A DNA stretch of 64,000 nt from Eledone cirrhosa (GCA_964016885.1 OZ024743.1:231260001-231324000); one strand, 5' to 3'; numbered from the stretch's first letter, positions 12,969 through 26,050 are shown. Notes: generated by a model not told the origin, from the letters alone. Numbers and translations: made by a program.

Positions 12969-14478
12969 TTAATTGTAAGTTGTGATGTTGCTGTTCCACT
13001 CATATTTTCTATTTAATTTTGGTTTTAATTCTTTTATGCTTACTGCCTCTGTAATTTGCCTAAACATTGCGTCTTTTCTTTGTGTGGATTCTATTTTTAT
13101 TTCTATGTTCTCTAATCTACCCCTGTGTTCTATCTTAGCATGTTGGTAGAGCACAGATGATTCTTTATTATCTTGGAGGTCTCGCCAGTGTTCATTTATT
13201 CGTTCCCCTATACTACGAGCTGGCTCACCTATGTACACTATATTTTTGTTTCTACATTGTCCTTCAGTACATCTTATGCTATACACTACATTTCTAGTTT
13301 TACAGTTAATATGGGGGCTTATTTTACAGGTTATACATTTCTTATCTATACATGAGGGTCTTTGGAACGGGTATGTCTTGCTAATAAGTGTTTTTACGGA
13401 GGTACCTGGTCTTTCTACTATCTTAATATTGAGATTATGTTTATTTAGGGCCCTTCTAAATTTGTAGGCTAGTTCGCCTCTAGGGGTTGTATTGATGAAC
13501 ATTACACTCTGGTATTTATTGCTATCATACCATGAGTTTATTCTATTGGCCTTGTTCCTAGTTCTTTCTATTATATTCCAAAATTTGCTCCTATACAAGG
13601 GGCAGGTCCCATTTGTGTCATTATTTACCATGTTTTCCCATTTGGTTCTGGCTCCTCTATACACTCTGATTTTATCTCTCTGATTGTAACCAGAGAACTG
13701 CATACGGTGGATGAAGTGTTGTATGTGCCTCTCTAGTTCTTCGGTGCTGCACATGCGGGACACATTTCTCATCACCCGTACCAAATCCGCAATCCGTATT
13801 TTTATTTTGGTATGGTGGAAACAACTGAGTTTCGGTGGATCAGATATTTGGAAGTCATGGGTTTGGCATAATGGGAATGGAGGATTTGATTTCTGTTATT
13901 AATGGTATCTAACCAGAGCTCTGTGTCTAGTACAGGTAATCAATGGTTGGGGTGTTTACTTGGGTAGTCTATAGTAGCTCTAATACTCGGTGGATGGAGT
14001 TAGCTATTTGCTGGATGCTTTCCATTGTGTTTTTCTCTAATTCCTGACTGTTCTCTAGTGGGGGTGTTTTAACTACGATGTTTATATCATCAACGTAGCA
14101 GGAGGACATTATCAGGGTTAAGGGGTCTTCTAATTTTTCTTTTAGTTTAAGTTTAAGTCTACTGTCCCACCATACCATGAATAAGTTAGCTATGTATCGT
14201 GCAATGCTAACACCAATGGCTGCTGCCGCCTCTTGGGCATATGTTTTTCCATTAAATTTGAACATATGTTCCTTAAGGGTTAATTTTATGCTGGCCCCCA
14301 CCGTATGTGCAATCATTTTCTTTAGTTCATCGTAGTTTTCGGGGGTCCGTATGGCTCTGGTCCACACATCCCATCTATCTGTGTGGGTTTTCTTGGCCAT
14401 TGAGGTAATTGTAGGTGGTCTGTTTCTTGCTGGTCTTGTAGGGCAGAGGTTGCTAATGTCAAGATAGTAAAGAATCAT
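12969..14478 (-). pseudogene. PLE RT / GIY-YIG endonuclease ORF, frameshifted
   Basis: Two ORF pieces with RT and GIY-YIG motifs. Confidence 0.85.
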
Positions 14479-15121
14479 CTGTACTCTACCAACATGCTAT
14501 AATAGAACATAAGGGTAAATTAGAGAACATAGAAATAAAAATAGAAGTTACACACAGAAAAGACGCAATGTTTAGACAAATCACAGAGGCAGTAAACGTA
14601 AATGAATTACAACCAAAATTAAATAGAAAACATGAGTGGAACAGCAACATCACAACTTACAATTTAGGACAAAATGAAAATACACACGCACATAGAACAA
14701 ACAACCAACCAGTAACATGTAAATAAACAAATAAATAAACGAATATAAACACACACAGACACACGGATGTAACACATGCGCAAACTAAGCACACAACACA
14801 CACACAAAAACAAGATGGCGTAGGACAGAACAAAGGAGAGGCACAAAAAACAAAGAAAAGAACCCCCAGTCACTGAAGAGGTCACATAATGTGTGACAAA
14901 AGAACTTTGACAATGTATAAACAACCATCTGGTTGTGGAACCCACCAACCAACCAGAAATTTATAAATTCCTAAATTTATAAATGTATTATAATAAATTG
15001 AAGTGAAAGCAATGGGTGCGTGTGTTTCTTATTGGCAACATGACCCTTCCAAAGTATAACAATATCATTTTCAACACACTTTTTCAGATAAAGAATCTTG
15101 CTAAACAAATTCAGAAACGAA

Positions 15122-15177
<56 letters not shown>

Positions 15178-15268
15178 CAAAGGAATTGTTGTAAGGAACC
15201 AGATGGACCATAACGCACCAGAGTACTCAATACTTAGGGTAGTAGAGTGGGAAATAGGAAAATGTATG

Positions 15269-15364
15269 ACCCCGACGGTTGAGCTCAAGCCTTTTCGACG
15301 GCTATTTCTGGACTAAATTAGAATGTTTAGCCTGGTGAATAAATAGCCGAACTTGTCAAGGGGT
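15269..15364 (-). ncRNA. HHR copy in 3' pLTR (stem III mismatches)
   Basis: Same TTGACAA/GAAA/GTC core as 18257-18353. Confidence 0.75.
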
Positions 15365-16049
15365 TACTTCCTTATATGGGAAGATTGTAGTTGTCAAGAG
15401 GATTGGTTAAAATGTGTTGTAAACACAAATAAGTCTAGCATAGCATTTGGTGGGAGGTAGGGTTGGCTGAACTTGCCTGTAGAACAATAGGGGAGTGAGT
15501 GGGGCGGTGAAGCGTTGAAAGTGATATGTATAGTGCAGATTCTAAGGATAGTGTATGAAGTGGAGGAGAGAGGTTATAGAATAGGTAAATGGAATGAGAG
15601 TAGGAGACAATAAAATATACTAGAAAGAAATAAAAAAATATTTATAATTAGAAAGTGGGAAATGAATTAAAAACATCACAATGCTATCTTACAATTACAG
15701 GTTAACACGTTGAGAATAGAAAAAAACTTGTAGAAATTACAAAACTGATACAAATTAAAGGGGTTTAACACATCTGCTATAAGTAGTTAGTAAAACGTAT
15801 TTGGCCAATTCTATCTTAAAATTACAGGGCTGGGGGTACTGATGCTACAGAGGCTGCATCGGCTGCGCCAGGGTAGGGTAGGCGAAAGGGAAAAAACAGA
15901 CGAGGAAGAAAATAGGGGGTGGAAGGAAGTGATAGAATGAGACAGGGGGAAGAAGACAAAGAGGAAAAGAAAAGAGATACATCTACCTATGTAAGCTGGG
16001 GTTTCTCCTAACTTATTCGGCAAGTGGGGGAAGGTGGTATCAGCCCTTG

Positions 16050-18075
16050 TCTACCCACCCGGGTCGTTATGGGGTTTAAGGGCGAGGTAAGTCCTACGCA
16101 ATATGTATTTGCATGCGGTCACCATGTGAGATTGTAGGTTATATTATTATCTTGGAGGTCCCAGATATGGCCCGAAAGTGTAGTGGCATTTCGCCGGACC
16201 GGGTTTCGAAAAGTATGTCGGTGTTGGTAGAGCCGGGTCTTGAAGACACACGCGGTTAATCCTATATAAGCTTTGTTGGAGGTATACTTCCTCACGTTGC
16301 ATTGGTAAATCACGTTACGTTCTCGGCATTTGTTGTTGATGGTGCACGTAGATCTATCAGGGCAGTTACACCTCCTGGTCGGATCTCCACTGATGTCTAG
16401 GTTATTTCTCCCATGGGGGTTGAGTTTTTTGTTGTTTGAGGAGACGATGTTTTGTGCGTAGTTAGGTGTGGTGCTGTAGTAGAGTTTGATGGTGTTTTTG
16501 TTGATTATGTTGTGGTAACGGTGTTGTAGTGTGAAGCGTTTTTCAAGGAGTCTAAATAAGATTTTCCCGATAGGTGTTGCCACCTCGGCATTATGGGGAG
16601 GATTGAACCACTTTACGTTGCGTGAGTGGTGATGTCGCCTGCTGGTTCCGCGAAGGGAAGGTGGATAAAAGGATATTTCCTCCCAGAAGCCACTCCACTT
16701 GAGGGCCTGGTTGTAATGGGGCGCCTGTTCGTCGCATGTCTTCTCATTAGCGGACAAACGAGATATGCGGATGGAGATGTTTTAAACCAGGTTATTGGTG
16801 ATGTTTCTAGGATGGGTAGAGCAGCGGTGGAAGTCGTGCAAGTTGTCGTTTGGTTTCGTGTATGGGTAGCACATATCATTTTCGAGGTTAATGGTAACGT
16901 CCAGGAAATTGACTCGGGTTAGGGACGTTTGTAGGGTGATTTTAAATCCGCAGTCCCGGAAGAAGTTGTTTACGGACCCGATCTGTACTACTGGGGTTGT
17001 ACCCTTTGAGGATGAGAAGCCCATCATCCCGGTACAATCCACCGCCGAATGCAGGAAACATTTCGGTGAGTTTAAATAGTAGGAATAATCCTATATGATC
17101 TGTGACCTCGGCCGAATCCGTCGCGCCCATACTGACGTCGAAGGGGGAGTCGGGAGCTTTCTTTATCCACTTGGGGTTGTCGAAAAGTAGGACTGTCTTC
17201 CTGGCGTGGAGAATGATATTTCTTTCCTGGTCAGTGATGGGTGTGAGTCTTTCGGCAAAGTCCATGGCGGCCGTAAGGAGCGGTAAGGTAATAGATGCAT
17301 AGTTACTCTCTATGTCAAACTGGATGAATTTTGTGTCTCGTTTTTTCTCCATATTCCTGAACCATGAGATTTCTTCCTGGGTGCTGACCCATAGGCTAAG
17401 TGTCACCTTTTACTTAACTTTTGGTATAACTCGGTGTAGGATCTTTTTACTGATTCTCCCTATGTCCGACTTCGTTGCGTTTATAAGCCTAATGGATGGT
17501 TTCCGGTCGAAGTCGGATTTGTGGTTTTTCAGTGTGAAGTAGGGAGTCGGTGGGTCTAGGGATTCTGTGCGGTCGGCGACCCCGAGGCTCGAGGTAATTT
17601 GTTGTCCATCTCGATTTATGTCCTCGATAATTGAATGGTTAGCCTTTTTATAGGTGGAGTTTAGGCTGCTCCTGATCAGTGTGTGGTATCTGTCACGGTT
17701 GACGATGTAGAGATTCGAGTTTTGTCCGAGTGCACCATGATGTCGTTGGTGTTTTCATACTCTATTATTTTGCTACGGTGTTGTAGGAATCTGTTGTGTC
17801 TGGGTTTGAATTTAATGCTCTTGACCATGTGGAAAAGGTCGTTCTCGAAGGGTGAGAGAATAGGGTTCGGAGGGGGAGGTTTGTAGGTATTGAATCCGAA
17901 TCTCTCCTTGATCTTGAAAACCTGATTGTCGCGGTAACTATCGTAGAAAAAAGTTCTCGATCTTAGTCTTTTTGCAAAAAGGTCGATTTTTTGCGTGAGC
18001 ATCCGCAGGTAAAGTTTTCTCGGTGGAACTGGGATGTTCTTGGTGGAGAAGTCGATGTTGTGTTTTCGCATCGTG
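16050..18075 (-). pseudogene. PLE RT / GIY-YIG ORF, frameshifted
   Basis: N-terminal FSTKNIPVP, QFDIESNY, FDVSMGATDSAE, GLYRDDGL, NFLDVT, CNCx5Cx5C linker, NVIYQC...AYIGLT...RLYQH. Confidence 0.9.
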
Positions 18076-18256
18076 CGGGTGAAGAAAGTTGACATGGGTG
18101 GAAAAGTCGGGATATGGCGTGGCAGAGTCGGAAAGTGCTCTACTACAGAGATAGGAACTAAATAACAAAGGAATTGTGGTAAGGAACCAGATGGACCATA
18201 AGGCACCAGAGTACTCAATACTTAGGGTAGTAGAGTGGGAAATAGGAAAAAGTATG

Positions 18257-18353
18257 ACCCCCGACGGCAGAGCTCAAGCCGTTTCGACGGCTATTTCTGG
18301 ACTAAATTAGAATTTTTAGCCGGTGAATAAATAGTCGAACTTGTCAAGGGGGT
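18257..18353 (-). ncRNA. Type I hammerhead ribozyme, U3-A8 variant, long stem II
   Basis: accccc TTGACAA gttcgactattt...aaatagccgtc GAAA cggc-ttgagctct-gccg TC gggggt; predicted cleavage between 18263 and 18262. Confidence 0.85.
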
Positions 18354-19395
18354 ACTTCCTTATATGGGAAGATTGTAGTTGTCAAGAGGATTGGTTAAAA
18401 TGTGCGTGTGACTTTAAGACGCAGGTGTACCAACACCGACATACTTTCCGAAACCCTGTCCGGCGACATGCTACTAGACTTTCGGGCCATATCTGGGACC
18501 TCCAAGATAATAATATTACCTACAATCTCACTTGGAGCTTACTGTTCAGTGCTAACTCTTACATGGGAGGACGCCGTCCGTGTAACTTATGCCCGGAGTA
18601 AACAGTACAAATGCTGTTTTCGAAGGATCAACTCCTAAATAAGAAAGACGAACTGGTAACCGCATGCAAACGCAGGTTGCGAAGGACTTACCTCGCCCTT
18701 AAACCCCATAACGACCCGGGTGGGTAGACAAGGGCTGATACCCTCTTCCCCTACTTGCCGAATAAGTTAGGAGAAACCCCAGTTTACATAGGTAGATGTA
18801 TCTCTTTTCTTTTCCTCTTTGTCTTCTTCTTCCACCTGTCTCATCCTATCACTTCCTTACACCCGCTATTTTCGTTGTCGTCTGCTTTTCCCCTTTCGCC
18901 TAGCCTGAGTCAGGTTATCGGGCCTCTGTAGCATCAGTTCCCCCACCCCTGTAATTTTAAGATAGATTTGGCCGAATACATTTTACTAACTACTTATAGC
19001 AGATGTGTTAAACCCTTTTAATTTGTATCATTTTTGTAATTTCTACAGGTTTTTTCTATTCTCAACTTATTAACCTATAATTGTAAGATAGCATTGTGAT
19101 TTTTCTTATTCATTTCTCACTTTCTAATTTTTTTTTTCTAGTATATTTTATTGTCTCCTACTCTCATTCGATTTACCTATTCTATAACCTCTCTCCTCCA
19201 CTTCATACAGTATCCTTAGAATCTGCTGAATACATAACACTTTCGACGCTTGACCGCTCCACTCACTCCCCTATTCTTCTACAGGCAAGTTCAGTCACCC
19301 CTACCTCCCACCAAATGCCATGATAGACTTATTTGTGTTTACAACAAATTTTAACCAATCCTCTTGACAACTACAATCGTCCCATATAAGGAAGT

Positions 19396-19492
19396 ACCCC
19401 TTGACAAATTCGGCTATTTATTCACCAGGCTAAAAATTCTAATTTAATCCATAAATAGCCGTCGAAACGGCTTGAGCTCTGCTGTCGGGGGT
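19396..19492 (+). ncRNA. HHR copy in the inverted arm (G10.1A)
   Basis: acccc TTGACAA attcggctattt...aaatagccgtc GAAA cggc...gctg TC ggggg. Confidence 0.75.
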
Positions 19493-19534
19493 CATACTTT
19501 TTCCTATATATATATATATATATATTTAATCATA

Positions 19535-19589
<55 letters not shown>

Positions 19590-19611
19590 AGAGAGAGAGA
19601 GAGAGAGAGAC

Positions 19612-19686
<75 letters not shown>

Positions 19687-19691
19687 GATGT

Positions 19692-19756
<65 letters not shown>

Positions 19757-19927
19757 TTGAAATAAAATGAAAACGAAATTTCATTTCTCACTCTTCTAGG
19801 GCACTTACTTAAATGTAAGTATGTGTGTATACGTACGTACATATATGTATACAGACCTACAGTAGAATGCATATTTATATATATATATATTTATATATAT
19901 ATATATATATTTATATATATGTATATA

Positions 19928-19997
<70 letters not shown>

Positions 19998-20148
19998 CAG
20001 GTACACATACATATATGCAAGTATCAGTTTAGCGGACGCTTATTATAACGCCGCTTTGTTCGTTTGTAAACAAACTGAACAGCCTGAATTTTATGCCGTA
20101 CGGTGTTAAGGCAACCATGTCACCTTTTTGTTCAACACTGGAACAGGA

Positions 20149-20191
20149 ACGATGTACTAGTTTCAAGCTTGTTAGCTATCATCAGCACCGT
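20149..20191 (-). ncRNA. Type I HHR in the inverted unit, core intact
   Basis: Reverse complement of acggtg CTGATGA tagctaacaagctt GAAA ctag TA catcgt. Confidence 0.85.
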
Positions 20192-20327
20192 ATCCCCTTC
20201 TGCCAGATAGTTGCCTTAACACCGTACGGCATAAAATTCAGGCTGTTCAGTTTGTTTACAAACGAACAGAGCGGCGTTATAATAAGCGTCCGCTAAACTG
20301 ATACGTGCATATATGTATGTGTACCTG

Positions 20328-20401
<74 letters not shown>

Positions 20402-20637
20402 TGCTACTGTACGTCTGTATACATATATGTATGTACGTATAAACACATACTTACATTTAAGTAAGTGCCGTACTAAGAGTGAGAAATGAAATTTCGTTTT
20501 CATTTTATTTCAACTTATCGTTTTCGGTATGCCTGAACGACTATACTCACTCGATATGCAAATTAGGCTGCTCAGCCGTTAATTTTCATAAGGAAAGTAT
20601 ATACTTTCGAACGTTCAACTATCTGGCAGAAGGGTAT

Positions 20638-20680
20638 ACGGTGCAGATGATAGCTAACAAGCTTGAAACTAGTACATAGT
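20638..20680 (+). ncRNA. Type I HHR, mutant core (CAGATGA)
   Basis: U4A substitution and a stem I change (catagt). Confidence 0.75.
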
Positions 20681-20831
20681 TCCTGTGTCAGTGTTGAACA
20701 AAAAGGTGATATGGTTGCCTTAACACCGTACGGCATAAAATTCAGGCTGTTCAGTTTGTTTACAAACGAACAAAGCGGCGTTATAATAAGCGTCCGCTAA
20801 ACTGATACGTGCATATATGTATGTGTACCTG

Positions 20832-20907
<76 letters not shown>

Positions 20908-21143
20908 TGCTACTGTATGTCTGTATACATATGTGTATGTACGTATACACACATACTTACATTTAAGTAAGTGCCGTACTAAGAGTGAGAAATGAAATTT
21001 CGTTTTCATTTTATTTCAACTTATCGTTTTCAGTATGCCTGACCGACTTAACTCACTCGATATGCAAATTAGGCTGCTCAACCGTTAATTTTCATAAGGA
21101 AAGTATATACTTTCGAACGTTCAACTATCTGGCAGAAGGGTAT

Positions 21144-21186
21144 ACGGTGCTGATGATAGCTAACAAGCTTGAAACTAGTACATCGT
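21144..21186 (+). ncRNA. Type I HHR, core intact
   Basis: acggtg CTGATGA t-agct-aaca-agct-t GAAA ctag TA catcgt; predicted cleavage after 21180. Confidence 0.9.
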
Positions 21187-21337
21187 TCCTGTGTCAGTGT
21201 TGAACAAAAAGGTGACATGGTTACCTTAACACCGTACGGCACAAAATTCAGGCTGTTCAGTTTGTTTACAAACGAACAAAGCGGCGTTATAATAAGCGTC
21301 CGCTAAACTGATACGTGCATATATGTATGTGTACCTG

Positions 21338-21417
<80 letters not shown>

Positions 21418-21653
21418 TGCTACTGTACGTCTGTATATATATATGTATGTACGTATACACACATACTTACATTTAAGTAAGTGCCGTACTAAGAGTGAGA
21501 AATGAAATTTCGTTTTCATTTTATTTCAACTTATCGTTTTCGGTATGCCTGACCGACTTAACTCACTCGATATGCAAATTAGGCTGCTCAGCCGTTAATT
21601 TTCATAAGGAAAGTATATACTTTCGAACGTTCAACTGTCTGGCAGAAGGGTAT

Positions 21654-21696
21654 ACGGTGCTGATGATAGCTAACAAGCTTGAAACTAGTACATCGT
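21654..21696 (+). ncRNA. Type I HHR, core intact
   Basis: Identical to 21144-21186; predicted cleavage after 21690. Confidence 0.9.
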
Positions 21697-21855
21697 TCCT
21701 GTGTCAGTGTTGAACAAAAAGGTGACATGGTTGCCTTAACACCGTACGGCATAAAATTCAGGCTGTTCAGTTTGTTTACAAACCAAGAAAGCGGCGTTAT
21801 AATAAGCGTCCGCTAAACTGATACGTGCATATATGTATGTGTACCTGTATGTATA

Positions 21856-21933
<78 letters not shown>

Positions 21934-21983
21934 TGCTACTGTACGTCTGTATACATATATGTATGTACGTGTACACACATACT

Positions 21984-22041
<58 letters not shown>

Positions 22042-22045
<4 letters not shown>

Positions 22046-22252
22046 AACCAGTAAGACCCCGACAGCTGAGCTCAAGCTGTTTCGACGGCTAATTCTGGAC
22101 CCGACAGCTAATTGGTCCAGAATTAGCCGTCGAAACGGCTTGAGCTCAGCTGTCGGGGTCTTACTGGTTCCTATTACCCACTCTACTACCTCAAGTATTG
22201 AGTACTTTGGTGCGTTATGGTCCACCTCGTTCCTTACCACATTTCCTCCGTT
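22042..22252 (+). mobile_element. Family A foldback mini-element
   Basis: ~59-bp inverted arms (22042-22101 / 22114-22174) made of the HHR 3' half, plus an ~80-bp pLTR tail; (TA)n flanks. Confidence 0.85.
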
Positions 22253-22983
22253 ATATATATATATGTAGAGAGAGAGAGATGTAAGAGATGGATATATTTC
22301 TACTAATATCTAAACAACAGACGCATATTATATTTATGAAATAATACAGCATAATCAAATGTTCAAAAAATTTAAATAAATATATATATAAGTATGTATC
22401 GGGGGACTGGGTGTTGTGTGTGCATTTTTGTATATATTTTCATGTTTTCCCCTTGAAAATCTGATTGTATTCTATTTCATATTATTATTTTTCATTAAAT
22501 TATGTTAAGTCTTCTACAAACACTTTTAAACTAATTTGCTTAAATTGCCCCGAAGTAACCTTTATTTAATTTTTCTCCGTATATATACTTTATATCTGAC
22601 ATTTCAGCAAAATATTTGTCAGCATTCAACTGGCAATATATTCATGTGTGAGTGATTGTGTTTGAGTGTGCGTATGTGTATTTTCATATGTATATATATA
22701 TATATAATATATAACATCAAAAGATGGTTAAAAGAGTTCCATGTATTTTATTATGCGCATTTCAAAAACAAATATCATCATGCAATAACATTTGTGTTTT
22801 CATCAGATAAAATAGGAAGACATAATATGAAGGTTAAAAAACCCTTGTGAATAGTGCAGTTTAAATCAACGTATGTTAACCATCTTTTGATCTTATATAT
22901 TATGTATACTCCAGTCATACAAACTGTAGAATGCTTCTTATCCGATATCTGCAGTGCTTTATTGTACTACAATAAAACTCACC

Positions 22984-23645
<662 letters not shown>

Positions 23646-23761
23646 TATTATTATTACTATATATATATTTATATATATATATATATATATATAAATTTAT
23701 ATATACATATATATATATATACATATATGTATATATATATAAATTTAAATATATATACATT

Positions 23762-23877
<116 letters not shown>

Positions 23878-24754
23878 GATAGATAGATAGAGAGAGAGAG
23901 ATAGAGAGAATGAGAGATAGATAGTTATATATATATGTATATATATTTATATAATATATTCATATATAATATATATGTGTGAGTGTGTGTGTGTGAGAGA
24001 GTGTGTGTGTGTGTGTACATGCAAACAAACACACGCGATGACAGACACACAAAACCCACATACACACACACTCACTAACAAATAATGTTTTTTAATGTTT
24101 TTTAATATTTCACTTTGTTTCATTGGCAAATTGTTGCAGCGATAGTATTATTTGTTTTGTCTATTCTGTTGTAATACTTCGTTTTGTCTTCTCATTAATT
24201 TGCTTTTTATTTTTCCACTAGAAATTTGCTATTACTGTAGTATTTGTTTCGTTTTATTTTAATTCATGATGGTCTCTGTTTGGAAAATAATTCGTTCTGT
24301 GCCTCTAAGGTAATTTCAAACCTTAGAAAATGCATTATGGAGAACATAATTAAAATATCGAAAATATATGGGAAACATTTTACCCTAAAGTTTTGGAAGA
24401 TGCAGTTGAATACATATAATAACAGAAAGAAAATTCTACAGATTTTTCGAAAGAGTTATTCATCTAGGTCGAAAGGAAGCTCAGTGAATTTCAGTATCTA
24501 CAGGTCATAACACAAGAGGTATTGCAATTAACTAGCAGTTTCATAAGGTGTCTATCATGAGAATGTAGGTGCTTGTCTCACTACTAATTAACATATGAAT
24601 ATTTTAATTATATATACAAGCATCGAGAACAAAATATCCCAGACGCGATTCATAAACATTCAACTTCTAATACATGTCTTTGTTCTTCATTCTTTATCTA
24701 AGAATAGTTCAGTAATTTAAAAGAACATTCCAGTGGGGAAACATAACCCTATAC

Positions 24755-24839
<85 letters not shown>

Positions 24840-25199
24840 AACCTAAGTTTAAAACTTCACATACGATTTCATCAGGATTATTTCGGCTATATTGTATTTA
24901 GTAATTTAATTTTTTGATATATCGACAAAGAGGTTTTTCGGTGTGGATTCTTCGCTACCGGTTCGATATATAATATCGTTAAGGGCATCACTTCTCTCCA
25001 GTCGTTAGCTCATGCTAGCTCTGCTTCGTCATCAAAAACTCCTTGCTTGATTAATGTGCTAGTTGACACGCTGATTCCAGTCTATTAGTTAGCTATCTTC
25101 ATATCATTGGTGTTATAATTGGATGGCGACAGACTTGAAATGCCGTCCTTTATTGAGCAGCTAGTCAGTCTTCATTCAAATATGCCGAATGCGGAATCC

Positions 25200-26050
25200 T
25201 CTAATTGGATTTACATAGATAGCGTAAATGGACAAAGTTCGTAATGAAATCATGTTTCTTGGCTACTAGGCCGAAAACACAATGGGCAATAAAAATGAAC
25301 ATGGACAGCGGACATTTACATTGATACTAGTAAACAGAATCTAAAGAGATAACAAAATCATAAAGTTAAAAAACAGAATTCTCCCAATAAAAGGGAGCAC
25401 TATACAGATGTAATTTAGAAGCCCCATTTTCTGGAACCAAGAAAATTTAAAATTTAAAAATTAGAAATTATGGGGATAGAAAATATCACTAGGAAATAAT
25501 ACCGTGAACACTTGAAGAAAACCTTATACAACAGGTGGTCGTTAAAGGGTTGGAATGATACAATTTCCGTCGTGGTTCAACAGAGACACAGCCTAAGGTT
25601 GCAGTCAAATAAACCTATCAATATCATCCAGCCGTTGACGGATGTATCATGCCTAGCATTATTAAAAGTACGTCTATTATAATGTAACAAAGTGTAGAAT
25701 CCATAATGGTCTTTGTAATTGGATAGTCTAAGTGCGCCGGTTAACTATTGATACGGGATATTAGGCGAACTACGTAGATGAGTTTCGTGTCGGTGGTATA
25801 TCAATCTATGGGAAGTCTTTTCTTAGTCAAGATTACTGTTAAGGTTAGCTACTTTATATAATTTGAAGACGGTTCCAGATGTCAATTGTAGACAGGTACG
25901 AAAGAAATCTGCTCTACTATTAATTATTTGAATTATATGAATTGGTAAGTTTCATTTAAACAAGGATTCGTACATTAGAGACACACTTGTTAGAATGCAT
26001 TGTTAGAAACATCGACCGGGCTAATCATTATTCAGTTTTATCTAACTTGG
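25200..26050 (+). mobile_element. Possible ancient PLE remnant
   Basis: VSFK...YIRDTLVR at ~25950-25995 resembles the PLE thumb/linker motif; otherwise heavily decayed. Confidence 0.3.

Larger units (their letters stand above)
12400..15123 (-). mobile_element. Penelope-like element, 5'-truncated, with ~600-bp inverted terminal copy
   Basis: RT YVDDINI (13969-14478); GIY-YIG NVVYSIRC...VYIGE..R...RINEH (12969-13784); 12400-13120 inverted at 14520-15123; (TA)n on both sides. Confidence 0.92.
15176..19507 (-). mobile_element. Near full-length Penelope-like element (Naiad-like) with direct pLTRs and inverted 3' duplication
   Basis: Direct repeats 15176-15415 and 18163-18403 bracket the ORF; 18400-19507 is an inverted copy of the EN C-terminus and 3' UTR; (TA)n on both sides. 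Confidence 0.92.
19752..21985 (+). mobile_element. Tandem array of ~510-bp non-coding HHR units (candidate retrozyme) with an inverted partial unit at the 5' side
   Basis: ~3.5 head-to-tail near-identical units at 20210-21985, each with an internal (TA)n; inverted unit at 19752-20213; no real ORF. Confidence 0.88.

Noticed and set aside
19752-21985. CRISPR-like or protein-coding reading of the tandem array
   Set aside because: No unique spacers, eukaryotic context, and ORFs are short or run through (TA)n.
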